From the NCBI GenBank assembly GCA_964362425.1, contig CAYIEL010000001.1, forward strand, positions 1 through 41,478: 41,478 nucleotides of DNA, read 5' to 3'. Below the pieces are notes generated by a model that saw only the letters and a program-made list of their open reading frames with translations, was not told where the DNA came from and made no database searches. The translations under genes and the position numbers were made by a program. Shown piece by piece: positions 23,547 to 32,216 of this stretch. How positions within the stretch are numbered: the stretch's first letter is position 1; each line of letters begins with the position of its first letter. Origin of the DNA: an uncultured Candidatus Saccharibacteria bacterium. Lineage in GTDB: Bacteria; Patescibacteriota; Minisyncoccia; Phycocordibacterales; JACOZG01.

Positions 23547-23993
23547 CTAATTTTTAAAATTGGACGGGGTAAAATCTGGCTCGACAAGGGTGGTAAACAC
23601 TAATCTTACAATTAAATACGACGCGAGCACAATCACTAATCCCCAGATTGCCATCCAGATAATACTCTTGGCCTGCGAACGCTTGCTGTCATTCGTCCCC
23701 GCCGTCATCATCACTGCACCCCCCACCGCGATCACTCCCGCGGCGAGCGGCACGGCGAAAATGACGAGGTAATCAAAAACCCGCTTGACCAGCTCGAGAA
23801 AGTTGTTGTAGCCACAAGGCGTGGGGTTAGTTTTTGTCCCGCACGGCACTAAACCAGGAGCCAATGAACTCGGCGGCCCAGCTGGACCGCCCGGTAAACC
23901 GACCGTATCAGCTTGAGCCAACACAAAAATTGGTAAGCATATTAAAACCAAAATGAGTAGAGACCGATAATTATTTCTATTGGCCATAAGCAT
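23547..23993 (-). CDS. T4SS-pilin-like small membrane protein, paralog 5 (Cys-containing N-terminal extension)
   Basis: Start moved to MLMANRNNYRSLLILVLICLPIFVLAQA (ATG 23993 or 23987). C-terminal VIAVGGAVMMTAGTNDSKRSQAKSIIWMAIWGLVIVLASY. Confidence 0.55.
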   Translation of the reverse strand: MLMANRNNYRSLLILVLICLPIFVLAQADTVGLPGGPAGPPSSLAPGLVPCGTKTNPTPCGYNNFLELVKRVFDYLVIFAVPLAAGVIAVGGAVMMTAGTNDSKRSQAKSIIWMAIWGLVIVLASYLIVRLVFTTLVEPDFTPSNFKN

Positions 23994-25293
23994 CGGTGAC
24001 GAGATCTTCGAGCGCTTTATTCGCCGCACTGGCCGCTTGAACGCTTGCCAAACGACCCGTGAGGACATTATCGACCATTTGTTTGAAAATCGCTTCAGTG
24101 CGAGATGGATTGAAGTCAAACCAATTCCGGCCGATAATCGCCGCTTGGTAAAAAACGGACATCGTCGGGTCGGTCGTCCCCCGCGCCAAGAGATCCGACC
24201 GGGCCGGCGGGAGCCCGGTGAGCCCAGACAAACGATTGACGGTCGGCGCGGAAGCAAGCGCCTGCGCTACTGACCAAGCCGTGGCTACTTTTTTACTATC
24301 GCGAACCAAAGCCACACCGGTCGTTCGCGCGAAAGTCAGCTTCGGACCATCTAACTTCTGCGGCGGGATGGCGACGTCGAAAGCCAGATGCGGATTGCCA
24401 CGACTGATCTCATTGAACTCGCTCGCCGGCCCGAGATAGAAAGCCGCCTGTCCGCGAATGAAATCCTGTTTGGCTTCTGGTAGAGATCGGTTCCAAGAAT
24501 AATTCAGTCGCGCCGGATCGGCGAATTGCGAGTAGAAATCAAGCACCGCGGCGGCCGGTTTTAGAGTAAAGCCAAAAGATTCATTGAGAAGCGGGGTTGG
24601 ACGGACAGCCGTGTTATTAAAAATCGGATTCCCCGCCTGCAAAAGAAGTAGGGCAATAATATCCTTCATGTGGTTGATATTCCGATAATCGCCGAGAGCA
24701 ATCGTGCTCTGAAGAATGTTCCGGCGATCGTCAAAAATGGTAAGTGGCGCCGTTTTGGCAATAAATTCGGTCCAGGTTTTGGGTACGGTCGGCAAACCAG
24801 CGTTAGTGAGTAAATCGCGATTGTAATAGAGAACGAGTGGATCAATGAGAAGTGGCAAGGCGAGTGTCCCGTCAGTCCGAAGGAAGAGGCGACCGGCTTC
24901 GGGATAAGTATCAAGAAAAGTTCGCGGGGCATAAGTATCGGATGGAATGGGTAGAAGCCGATCTCGTTGAGTGAGAAAAACTTCATGCGACGCAATCAGC
25001 AAATCGGGAGCGTGATTGTCAGCTTTGGCCGTCAGGAAATCTTGCTCGATGGTTGACCGATCTTTCTCTTGATAAATAAGTGTGAACTCGCTTTTGTGTT
25101 GATCGTTGAATTCGTTGAGGAAATCGGCGATCAAGGCGCGCGGAATCGTCCCCCAGACCGTGACCTCACCACCCGTTCCACCTTGCGGTGATCGGAAACC
25201 CGGCAGGATGCCAGCGAAGATAAGCACACCAACCAGAAGCAGGGCAACGAAGACAATCAGGATGGCAAGTTGGAAAGTAGAAAGATTTTTCAT
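23977..25293 (-). CDS. membrane-anchored extracellular solute-binding protein (ABC family-1-like), orphan
   Basis: 438 aa with an N-terminal TM anchor. The GEVTVWGT...DLLIASHE...YYNRDL pattern is typical of sugar-type SBPs. No permease or ATPase gene is nearby. Confidence 0.6.
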   Translation of the reverse strand: MKNLSTFQLAILIVFVALLLVGVLIFAGILPGFRSPQGGTGGEVTVWGTIPRALIADFLNEFNDQHKSEFTLIYQEKDRSTIEQDFLTAKADNHAPDLLIASHEVFLTQRDRLLPIPSDTYAPRTFLDTYPEAGRLFLRTDGTLALPLLIDPLVLYYNRDLLTNAGLPTVPKTWTEFIAKTAPLTIFDDRRNILQSTIALGDYRNINHMKDIIALLLLQAGNPIFNNTAVRPTPLLNESFGFTLKPAAAVLDFYSQFADPARLNYSWNRSLPEAKQDFIRGQAAFYLGPASEFNEISRGNPHLAFDVAIPPQKLDGPKLTFARTTGVALVRDSKKVATAWSVAQALASAPTVNRLSGLTGLPPARSDLLARGTTDPTMSVFYQAAIIGRNWFDFNPSRTEAIFKQMVDNVLTGRLASVQAASAANKALEDLVTDAYGQ

Positions 25294-25814
25294 GAGAACA
25301 TTAAACCATAATGATGATCGCCGGCCGGGAAATCATTGATAAACTTGAATCCCGCCTCGGCGAAAATCTTTTTCGCCTCGGCGGGCGGCAGAACCTGCTC
25401 CGAAGTCGGCCCCAAACCACCGAATGACCCGCTCCAATCTACTAGCGCGACCTTACCATCTACTTTCAAAATTCGTTTCGCCTCACAAACTAAAGTATAT
25501 TTGGCAGAAGTCTGGAAAAGAAGATTGGCAATCAAGACGAAGTCAACGGATCCGTCGGCAAGCGTTGAACCGTGCGCGTGCTCAAGATCACCGCGTAAAA
25601 CTTCGATATTGCGAATATGCTTTTCCTTCGCCTCGTGCGCGAGGCGGGCGAGAATTTCTTTTTGAATATCAATGGCGTAGGCCCGCCCATCATGCCCGAC
25701 AGCTTGAGCCAGCGCTAGAGCATAAGCCCCGCTACCCGCACCAAAATCGGCCACGGTCATTCCTTCATTAAGGTGGAAGTGAGTGACAACTTCTTGTGGT
25801 TTCGAGAAGGGCAT
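25290..25814 (-). CDS. class I SAM-dependent methyltransferase
   Basis: Motif I VADFGAGSGAYALALA, then AIDIQ and VLIANLL. The stop overlaps the next start (ATGA). Confidence 0.75.
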   Translation of the reverse strand: MPFSKPQEVVTHFHLNEGMTVADFGAGSGAYALALAQAVGHDGRAYAIDIQKEILARLAHEAKEKHIRNIEVLRGDLEHAHGSTLADGSVDFVLIANLLFQTSAKYTLVCEAKRILKVDGKVALVDWSGSFGGLGPTSEQVLPPAEAKKIFAEAGFKFINDFPAGDHHYGLMFS

Positions 25815-25830
25815 AATATCTGCCCCTAGA

Positions 25831-28320
25831 TTATACCACCGGTGACAAACAGGTTAAAGAGGCAAGGGTGTCGCCGGGGTGGAGCTTCATGATGCGGACG
25901 CCTTGGGTCTGGCGGCCAAGAGTCGAGATTTCGGCGAGCGTCGTTCGAATCACTTGGCCGTGTTTGGAGATCGTAATAATTTCCGTGGCCGTCTCATCGA
26001 GCACTTGAGCGTTGATCAGAGGTCCGGTTTTATCCGTCACTTGGGCTGTCTTAATCCCCGATCCCCCTCGGCCCTGCACTTTGTATTCTTTCAAAAGCGT
26101 TTTCTTACCGAAGCCATTTTCGCTGACGACTAAGAATTGGCCGGCCTTTTGCTCGGGACCAATCGCCCCGAGACCAACGACCACATCGGTCTTCGTTTTT
26201 AATTTAATTGCCCGGACACCGCCGGCCGCCCGGCCCATTTCGCGAATTGAATTTATTTTGAAGCGAATCGCTTGACCGGCGCGGGTAGCAATAATTGCCT
26301 CATCACCCGAGTGAACGACCGCTACCGACAAGAGTTCGTCGCCCGAATGAAGTTTAATCGCAATGATCCCGCTCCGGCGCACATCACTCATGTCAGACAC
26401 GGCGACGCGTTTGGCCACACCACCGCGCGTCACCATAAGCAGGGAGGCATTATTTGATTTCCCACGTGGAACAGCGAGAACAGAAGTAACTTTTTCATTG
26501 TCAGCCAACGACAAGAAATTCATAATCGACTTGCCTTTGGTCGCTCGTTTACCTTCTGGGATATCGTACATCTTGATCTGGTAAACTTTCCCGCGATCGG
26601 TGAAGAAAAGTAGATCGTCATGCGTCTTAGCCGTTAAGAAAATAGTGACGAAATCTTCTTCTTTAGTATCTAGATCAATCACGCCGATACCGCCGCGCTT
26701 CTGCGAACGATACTCGACCGGATCAGTACGTTTGATGTAACCACCGCGGGTTAGAACAAGCACCATTGAGGTATCCGGCACTAGATCTTCCGTTCGAATC
26801 TCTTTGACACCGTGGGAAATAATTTTCGTTCGGCGAGCATCGCCGTATTTATCTTTAATCGCCACGAATTCTTGCTTGATTACCGCTTTCACTTTGCGCG
26901 GATCAGCGAGTAGCGCTTGCAATTCTTTAATCAGAACTTGTTTCTCTTTAAGTTCATCTTCAATCGCTTGCCGTTCGAGGCCGGCGAGTTTCTGAAGTTT
27001 CATTTCGAGAATCGCCGTCGCTTGCAATTCGGAAAAATCAAAACGTTTAACCAAATTCTTATGAGCCGTGGCGGCATCAGCTGATTGCTTAATCGTCTTG
27101 ATCACCGCATCGATTTGATCAATCGCCTTCACTAAACCGAGCAAGATATGCGCTCGCTCCTCCGCTCGCGCCAAGTCGAAACGGGTTCGCTTCAAGACAA
27201 TCACTTCGCGATGGGCTAAGAATTCTTGGAGAATCGCCTTGAGCGACAAGAGTTTCGGCACGCCATCAACGAGCGCCAACATGTTGTAATGGAACATCGT
27301 CTCAAGCTCGGTATTTTTATAAAGAGCGTTGAGAATTTTCTCGGGGTAAACTCCGCCTTTCAATTCAATCACTACGCGCGTGTCAGCGAGTGTCGTTGAT
27401 TCATCACGAATATCTTTAATCCCTTCAATCTTTTTCTCATGCACCAGATCAGCCATTCGAACGATAAGCTCAGCTTTATTCACTTGATACGGGACAGAGG
27501 TAATAACGATTTGGTGGCTCCCCGCTCCGCCACGAGGCGAGCCCGCTTTCGTCTCGACAATTTCCGCTTCGCCTCGGACCAGCACTCCGCCGCGGCCGGA
27601 GGCCGCGGCGTGATGGATGTCCGCTTGATTGAAAATCAGTCCGCCGGTCGGGAAGTCCGGTCCTTTGATGAAACGGAAAAGATCTTCCGGCGTGGCATCG
27701 TTATTGTCAACTAAAAAAATCAACGCCTCCATCACTTCGGTCAAGTTGTGCGGCGGGATTTTCGTCGCCATGCCGACAGCGATACCGATCGAACCCATCA
27801 ATAAGAGATTAGGAATGGCCGAGGGCAAGAGCGTTGGCTCTTTCCGCGAACCATCGTAGTTCGGCACGAAATCCACCGTCTCTTTTTCAATATCGTGCAG
27901 AAGTTCACCGGCGAGCGGCGCCATCTTGACCTCGGTATAACGCATGGCCGCCGGCGGGTCGCCATCGATCGAACCGAAGTTACCTTGACCAATAACTAAG
28001 GGGTAACGTAGGGAGAAGTCTTGCGCGAGCCGAGCGAGCGCTTCATAGCAAGCCACATCACCGTGGGGATGGAATTTACCAAGCACTTCACCAACCACCA
28101 GCGCCGATTTACGAAATCTAGAACTCGAACCTAATCCCAACTCGTGCATAGCGTAGAGAATCCGGCGGTGCACTGGCTTCAAACCATCACGAACGTCAGG
28201 TAAAGCGCGCGAGACAATCACCGACATCGCGTAGTCGAGATAGGAAGTCCGCATCTCGGACGAGATATCAGTGGGAATTATCCTACTTGTATTTTTATTT
28301 TCCGGTAAACTATCGGGCAT
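25831..28320 (-). CDS. gyrA: DNA gyrase subunit A
   Basis: [17 protein letters not shown], active-site AAMRYTE, and C-terminal beta-pinwheel repeats. Confidence 0.95.
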   Translation of the reverse strand: MPDSLPENKNTSRIIPTDISSEMRTSYLDYAMSVIVSRALPDVRDGLKPVHRRILYAMHELGLGSSSRFRKSALVVGEVLGKFHPHGDVACYEALARLAQDFSLRYPLVIGQGNFGSIDGDPPAAMRYTEVKMAPLAGELLHDIEKETVDFVPNYDGSRKEPTLLPSAIPNLLLMGSIGIAVGMATKIPPHNLTEVMEALIFLVDNNDATPEDLFRFIKGPDFPTGGLIFNQADIHHAAASGRGGVLVRGEAEIVETKAGSPRGGAGSHQIVITSVPYQVNKAELIVRMADLVHEKKIEGIKDIRDESTTLADTRVVIELKGGVYPEKILNALYKNTELETMFHYNMLALVDGVPKLLSLKAILQEFLAHREVIVLKRTRFDLARAEERAHILLGLVKAIDQIDAVIKTIKQSADAATAHKNLVKRFDFSELQATAILEMKLQKLAGLERQAIEDELKEKQVLIKELQALLADPRKVKAVIKQEFVAIKDKYGDARRTKIISHGVKEIRTEDLVPDTSMVLVLTRGGYIKRTDPVEYRSQKRGGIGVIDLDTKEEDFVTIFLTAKTHDDLLFFTDRGKVYQIKMYDIPEGKRATKGKSIMNFLSLADNEKVTSVLAVPRGKSNNASLLMVTRGGVAKRVAVSDMSDVRRSGIIAIKLHSGDELLSVAVVHSGDEAIIATRAGQAIRFKINSIREMGRAAGGVRAIKLKTKTDVVVGLGAIGPEQKAGQFLVVSENGFGKKTLLKEYKVQGRGGSGIKTAQVTDKTGPLINAQVLDETATEIITISKHGQVIRTTLAEISTLGRQTQGVRIMKLHPGDTLASLTCLSPVV

Positions 28321-28326
28321 AAAAAA

Positions 28327-28593
28327 TTAAAATTGTTTGGTTAACGCCTGCCAACCAGCTTGAATCCTTTCAACAATACCGTGAGCCGGCACCGTTACTG
28401 TCGTCACCGAACCGACACTCGCCATCACTGGCACCGTCGGCGTCCCGCGCAGATTAGCCGACAAACGAAAACTAGCCAACCATAAAACGAATAGGCAAAT
28501 CGTCACACTGGAGGCCAGAAACAAAGCGCGGCGCTGACGCTTCGCCTCTGGCTCATTCCGCCAACGCTCGATGTGGTGAGAAAATGATTTCAT
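28327..28593 (-). CDS. small membrane protein, hypothetical
   Basis: 88 aa with one TM helix, 6 nt upstream of gyrA. Confidence 0.4.
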   Translation of the reverse strand: MKSFSHHIERWRNEPEAKRQRRALFLASSVTICLFVLWLASFRLSANLRGTPTVPVMASVGSVTTVTVPAHGIVERIQAGWQALTKQF

Positions 28594-28616
28594 AATTTCT
28601 ATTTTAACTTTATAAC

Positions 28617-29162
28617 TTAAATGGCTGATAAAACGATAACTTCGCCTTCTTTCTCGGCAACATCTTTTTTCTTAAACACGAACTTATCAATTGGTTTCAC
28701 TTCTTCCGCGCCGGCCTCTTTCAAAAATTGCCGAATCAACGTGTCGGATTCCGAAAGTGGGACAATAATTTTCGGCTGGAAAGTCAGCGCCAATTTATAA
28801 GCCGCGACGGGCGTTAGCGATGCTCCGCCAGCTGGCAGATCAAGCGGGACAAACAAAACATCAACTTCGCCAATGCCCGAAGATACCACTTCCGGAATCT
28901 TCGCCTCACCGAGCACACCCCAATGTGCGAGACGCAAACCGTCGAGCGATAAAACATAGACTGTATTTAAAGTCTCATTCGGTCCAGTTGTTTCAAAACC
29001 GCGAATAAAAATATTCGAGACCTCGTATTCCCCCGGCCCATTGATAACAAAAGGTGCTTTACCGCCAATTTTTATTTGGTTAAGGCCGTTCGGATTCCAA
29101 GCCACGGCGAGATCGCCATGTTGAATCTTGACAAAACCACCGCCGTGATAGGTGATAATCAT
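28617..29162 (-). CDS. beta-lactamase-fold-like (UPF0173-like) protein, tentative
   Basis: Start moved to MIITYHGGGFVKIQ (ATG 29162). The layout resembles short MBL-fold proteins, but I could not find a clear HxHxDH motif. Confidence 0.4.
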   Translation of the reverse strand: MIITYHGGGFVKIQHGDLAVAWNPNGLNQIKIGGKAPFVINGPGEYEVSNIFIRGFETTGPNETLNTVYVLSLDGLRLAHWGVLGEAKIPEVVSSGIGEVDVLFVPLDLPAGGASLTPVAAYKLALTFQPKIIVPLSESDTLIRQFLKEAGAEEVKPIDKFVFKKKDVAEKEGEVIVLSAI

Positions 29163-29197
29163 AGTCGTTAATTTCAGTATAGCAAAAAGCGAGCGCC

Positions 29198-29225
29198 TTG
29201 ACCAGTCGGCGACTTCTGTTATACT
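29198..29225 (+). promoter_or_regulatory. promoter TTGACC-16-TATACT, 7 nt upstream of the rpsA ATG
   Basis: -35 at 29198-29203, -10 at 29220-29225, ATG at 29233. Confidence 0.5.
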
Positions 29226-29232
29226 AGCCCGC

Positions 29233-30339
29233 ATGTTAACAGAAACTGAAACTATCATGGAAGTGACCGGTGCGGTCGGCCCAATGGACGGGATTCTGAA
29301 AATGTCTTTGGCCATGCCCGAGATTGATTCCCTGGTAAAAGGCACGGTCATTGCCAAAATTCGTGGCGCCGTCTACATCAACGTTCCCCCTTTCGGCACC
29401 GGCCTCATCTTCGGCCGCGAATACCTGAACGCTCGCGATCTCATTAAAGAGGTCAAGGTTGGCGATCACGTTACCGCCAAAGTCATTCTACCTGAAGGCG
29501 AGAATGGTTATATCGAACTCTCACTCAAGGAAGCCAAGCAAGCGCTCTTGTGGACTGACGCCAAGAAAGCCGTCGAGGGCAAAGAAAGCTACGAACTGGT
29601 GGTGAAAGAAGCCAACAAAGGTGGCCTAATTATGGAATGGCAAGGCATTGAAGGTTTCTTGCCCGCCTCCCAACTCAAAGCTGATCACTATCCGAAAGTT
29701 CCGGATGGCGACAAAATGAAAATTATGGAGGAACTCAAACGCCTCGTTGGCGAGAAACTCTCCGTCTATGTCATTGGCGCCGACCCGAAAGATAATAAAC
29801 TTATTTTCTCCGAGAAATCCGGCGACGGCAAGAGCCGAAAAGAAATAATTGAGCAATACAATTTGGGCGACACCGTTACCGGCGAAGTTACCGGTATTGT
29901 CGACTTCGGTGTCTTCGTTAAACTCGAAGAAGGTTTCGAAGGCTTAATCCACATTTCCGAAATCGATTGGTCACTGGTTGAGAATCCTCGCGACTATTTC
30001 AAAGTCGGTGAGAAAGTTCGCGCCAAAGTGATTGAGATTAAAGATGGCAAAGTTTCTCTCTCGGTTAAAGCGCTTAAGACTAATCCCTGGGTGGAAGCCG
30101 AAGGCAAATATAAGAAAGGTGATGAAGTAAAAGGCGTAGTTATTAAACACAACAAACACGGCGCGCTCGTTTCGATCGAAGAAGGTGTCGCCGGCCTCGT
30201 CCATATCTCCGAATTCAAGGGTGAAGATGAACTCCGCCGGGCGCTTGAACTCGGAAAAACTTATAGTTTCAAGATCAATCTCTTCGACGCCAAGAATCAG
30301 AAGCTAACGATGTCACCGGCCAAACCCCTTGCCAAATAA
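29233..30339 (+). CDS. rpsA: 30S ribosomal protein S1 (four S1 domains)
   Basis: Repeated S1 OB-fold motifs (GTVIAKIRGAVYINV, GDTVTGEVTGIVDFGVFVKL, GEKVRAKVIEIKDGKVSLSVK, GDEVKGVVIKHNKHGALVSI). The exact start is uncertain. Confidence 0.85.
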   Translation: MLTETETIMEVTGAVGPMDGILKMSLAMPEIDSLVKGTVIAKIRGAVYINVPPFGTGLIFGREYLNARDLIKEVKVGDHVTAKVILPEGENGYIELSLKEAKQALLWTDAKKAVEGKESYELVVKEANKGGLIMEWQGIEGFLPASQLKADHYPKVPDGDKMKIMEELKRLVGEKLSVYVIGADPKDNKLIFSEKSGDGKSRKEIIEQYNLGDTVTGEVTGIVDFGVFVKLEEGFEGLIHISEIDWSLVENPRDYFKVGEKVRAKVIEIKDGKVSLSVKALKTNPWVEAEGKYKKGDEVKGVVIKHNKHGALVSIEEGVAGLVHISEFKGEDELRRALELGKTYSFKINLFDAKNQKLTMSPAKPLAK

Positions 30340-30363
30340 TTTGGCTTGTGATATTATCAAGGC

Positions 30364-30556
30364 GGATGTCGAGATTGTTGGGAAACGCATTTAGGGAAGC
30401 GCTCTAGCGAGTGAAGTAGTATGTGGGGTAAAAATGCGGACGAGTGGCGGTGGGGACCGACTCTCACCCCGACAATTTCGGCCAGTCTGACCGGAGACAG
30501 CTAGGTAGGTTTTGGTTCCAACCCTTTACCAACCTCAGCTGCTCTCCGGCTTTTTT
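30364..30556 (+). ncRNA. candidate structured RNA with its own promoter and terminator (could instead be the rpsA 3' UTR)
   Basis: Promoter TTGCCA(30329-30334)-17-(TGa)TATTAT(30352-30357). 14-bp long-range helix 30368-30381/30469-30482 containing 3 G-U pairs. Inner helix 30386-30392/30432-30438. Terminator stem 30491-30549 plus T6. Confidence 0.35.
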
Positions 30557-30567
30557 ATGCTTAATCC

Positions 30568-30590
30568 ATGTCAAGGTTCGACCTTGACAT
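30568..30590. repeat. 23-nt perfect palindrome atgtcaaggttcgaccttgacat (GTCAAGG family)
   Basis: Lies between the candidate RNA terminator and the pth stop codon. Confidence 0.8.
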
Positions 30591-30600
30591 TAAAACTTGA

Positions 30601-31191
30601 CTAATTAAATTTATTCATTGCCACAGCTTGGCCAGCGGTGAGCCAGAGCGCGGCGGCTTCGGCAATCTCTTTGGCGAGCTTCTTCATCTCCACGAGCTCG
30701 GCCGGACGGAAGCGACCGAGAATAAACTTTACGATCGCCTCTTCGCCGATTGGTTTTTTAGCTGTCCCCTTCTTGCCAATCGGACTCACCCCGATGCGAG
30801 CGCGGAGAAAGGCGGTGGTCTTAATCGTTTTGATAATTGACTCAAGCCCGCGATGACCGCCGGACCCGCGGTTGAAAGAAATTTTGAACCGGCCAAAAGG
30901 CAAATCGATATCATCATGAATCACAAGCAGTCTTTCGGCATCTCTGCCACTTTTTATTAATCCAACAAAACTTTTCCCCGACCGATTCATCATCGTCTCG
31001 GGTAAAAGAAGCGTCACCGATTGGCCTTCATATTTTCCCTCACTTTTCAGAGCCAGAAGTTTCTTGTCTGGCGTCCAATCGGGAAATTCGAACTGTTTTC
31101 GAATTGTCTCGACGGCTATCCGTCCGGCATTATGCCGTGTCATCTCATATTCCTCGCCCGGATTCCCCAAACCAACAATTAAATATTTCAT
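30601..31191 (-). CDS. pth: peptidyl-tRNA hydrolase
   Basis: LIVGLGNPGEEYEMTRHNAG, DDIDLPFG and GHRGLESI. Confidence 0.92.
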   Translation of the reverse strand: MKYLIVGLGNPGEEYEMTRHNAGRIAVETIRKQFEFPDWTPDKKLLALKSEGKYEGQSVTLLLPETMMNRSGKSFVGLIKSGRDAERLLVIHDDIDLPFGRFKISFNRGSGGHRGLESIIKTIKTTAFLRARIGVSPIGKKGTAKKPIGEEAIVKFILGRFRPAELVEMKKLAKEIAEAAALWLTAGQAVAMNKFN

Positions 31192-31197
31192 ACGATT

Positions 31198-31206
31198 AGA
31201 TTACCA
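31198..31206 (-). promoter_or_regulatory. extended -10 (TGgTAATCT) 6 nt upstream of the pth ATG
   Basis: The minus strand reads tggtaatct-aatcgt-ATG. Confidence 0.4.
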
Positions 31207-31208
31207 CC

Positions 31209-31300
31209 TTGACTTATAAATACCACTTGCTATACTTGCCAACGTATCCCCAACGGAAAAGATCACCCCTTAAGGTTTCGTCCTTCTGGGGTCTTTTCTT
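31209..31300 (+). promoter_or_regulatory. promoter TTGACT-16-TATACT followed by a hairpin and T-tract (candidate tiny RNA or bidirectional terminator)
   Basis: -35 at 31209-31214 and -10 at 31231-31236. The hairpin gaaaag..acccc..aagg-tttcgt-cctt..ggggt cttttc spans 31256-31298. Confidence 0.3.
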
Positions 31301-31330
31301 TTTCATACGACAATTTTCCCCTTAAATCAT

Positions 31331-31588
31331 TCATGAACCGTAAGTGGAACCGTCTTTGTATTCCAATGTTGGTTTGAAGATACAAATAAAACCCACGCGC
31401 GCTAAAAAATCGTATAACTTCTTGTTTCCCTCGACATAACCAATAAACAAAAACGCTTTACTGATAGCATACTTTTCTTTTAGATAGACTCGGAAATGAG
31501 CGAAATCCAAAATCCAACCCTGATTTCGAATGTTCAGATTCAGATTCTGACTATCAATAAAGGCATGATTATTTTCTTCCCGCTTCAT
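31331..31588 (-). pseudogene. NYN/LabA-like domain protein, C-terminally truncated
   Basis: HAFIDSQNLNLNIRNQGWILDF...KAFLFIGY...LARVGFICIFKP stops at ...DGSTYGS, where the family normally continues (KGNVD...). Confidence 0.5.
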
Positions 31589-31650
31589 GGATTTATAAGT
31601 ACAGCCAAAATATAGCACAAAGCGGAAAGTTGTAGTACACTAAGCAATAT

Positions 31651-32211
31651 ATGAAGAAAGTGTGGTCATACGTTGGAGAAGTCTTGCGTTTTGCGATTAT
31701 CACGCTTGTCATTGTCATCCCGATTCGCGCCTATGTCGCCCAACCCTTCATCGTCAGCGGGGTTTCAATGGTTCCCTCTTTCGAAAATGGCGAGTATCTG
31801 GTAATTGACGAGCTCTCCTACCTCCTTCGCGCCCCCAAACGGGGCGAAGTGGTTGTCTTCCGCTATCCGCTTGACCAAACTAAATTCTTTATCAAACGTG
31901 TCATTGGTTTACCTGGCGAGACAGTGACGATTCGTGATGGCCAAGTTTTTATCAAGACTGGTCAAACCGAGACGACTTGGAATTATCCGGTGATTCAGAC
32001 CGAGACCATGGGCGGCAATGGCATTTATCCGCTCGGCCCCGGGCAATATTTCGTCCTCGGCGACAATCGCGGGATGAGTCTCGATTCGCGCGCTTGGGGA
32101 TCAGTTGATCAGAAATTAATCAAGGGCCGCGTCTTCGTCCGACTTTTCCCGCTCAATCGTCTTGGCCTCTTACCCGCCGATGGGACGGGCAGGCCCACCG
32201 ACGCATCATAA
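31651..32211 (+). CDS. lepB: signal peptidase I
   Basis: Catalytic Ser box GVSMVPSF, Lys box FIKRVIGLPGE, and GDNRGMSLDSR. Confidence 0.92.
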   Translation: MKKVWSYVGEVLRFAIITLVIVIPIRAYVAQPFIVSGVSMVPSFENGEYLVIDELSYLLRAPKRGEVVVFRYPLDQTKFFIKRVIGLPGETVTIRDGQVFIKTGQTETTWNYPVIQTETMGGNGIYPLGPGQYFVLGDNRGMSLDSRAWGSVDQKLIKGRVFVRLFPLNRLGLLPADGTGRPTDAS

Positions 32212-32216
32212 TTATT

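Noticed and set aside
23994-24257. N-terminal 88 codons of the 236-aa track ORF (Arg/Pro-rich)
   Set aside because: They overlap the 3' part of the solute-binding protein gene in another frame. A signal-peptide-bearing start (MLMANRNNYRSLLIL...) at 23993 gives a protein like the other pilin paralogs.
29163-29357. 5' extensions of the 28617 (minus) and 29152 (plus) track ORFs, which overlap each other
   Set aside because: Both extensions cross the divergent promoter region. Internal ATGs at 29162 and 29233 give sensible N-termini and leave room for promoters.
30470-30510. Possible SRP (4.5S) RNA: ggccagtctgaccggagacagctagg weakly resembles the conserved GGUCAGGUCCGGAAGGAAGCAGCC helix-8 region
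   Set aside because: The GNRA tetraloop and the AGCA/GGAA symmetric-loop residues are not preserved. The segment pairs better as the 5' arm of the terminator hairpin (30491-30549). The locus is kept only as an unclassified RNA candidate.
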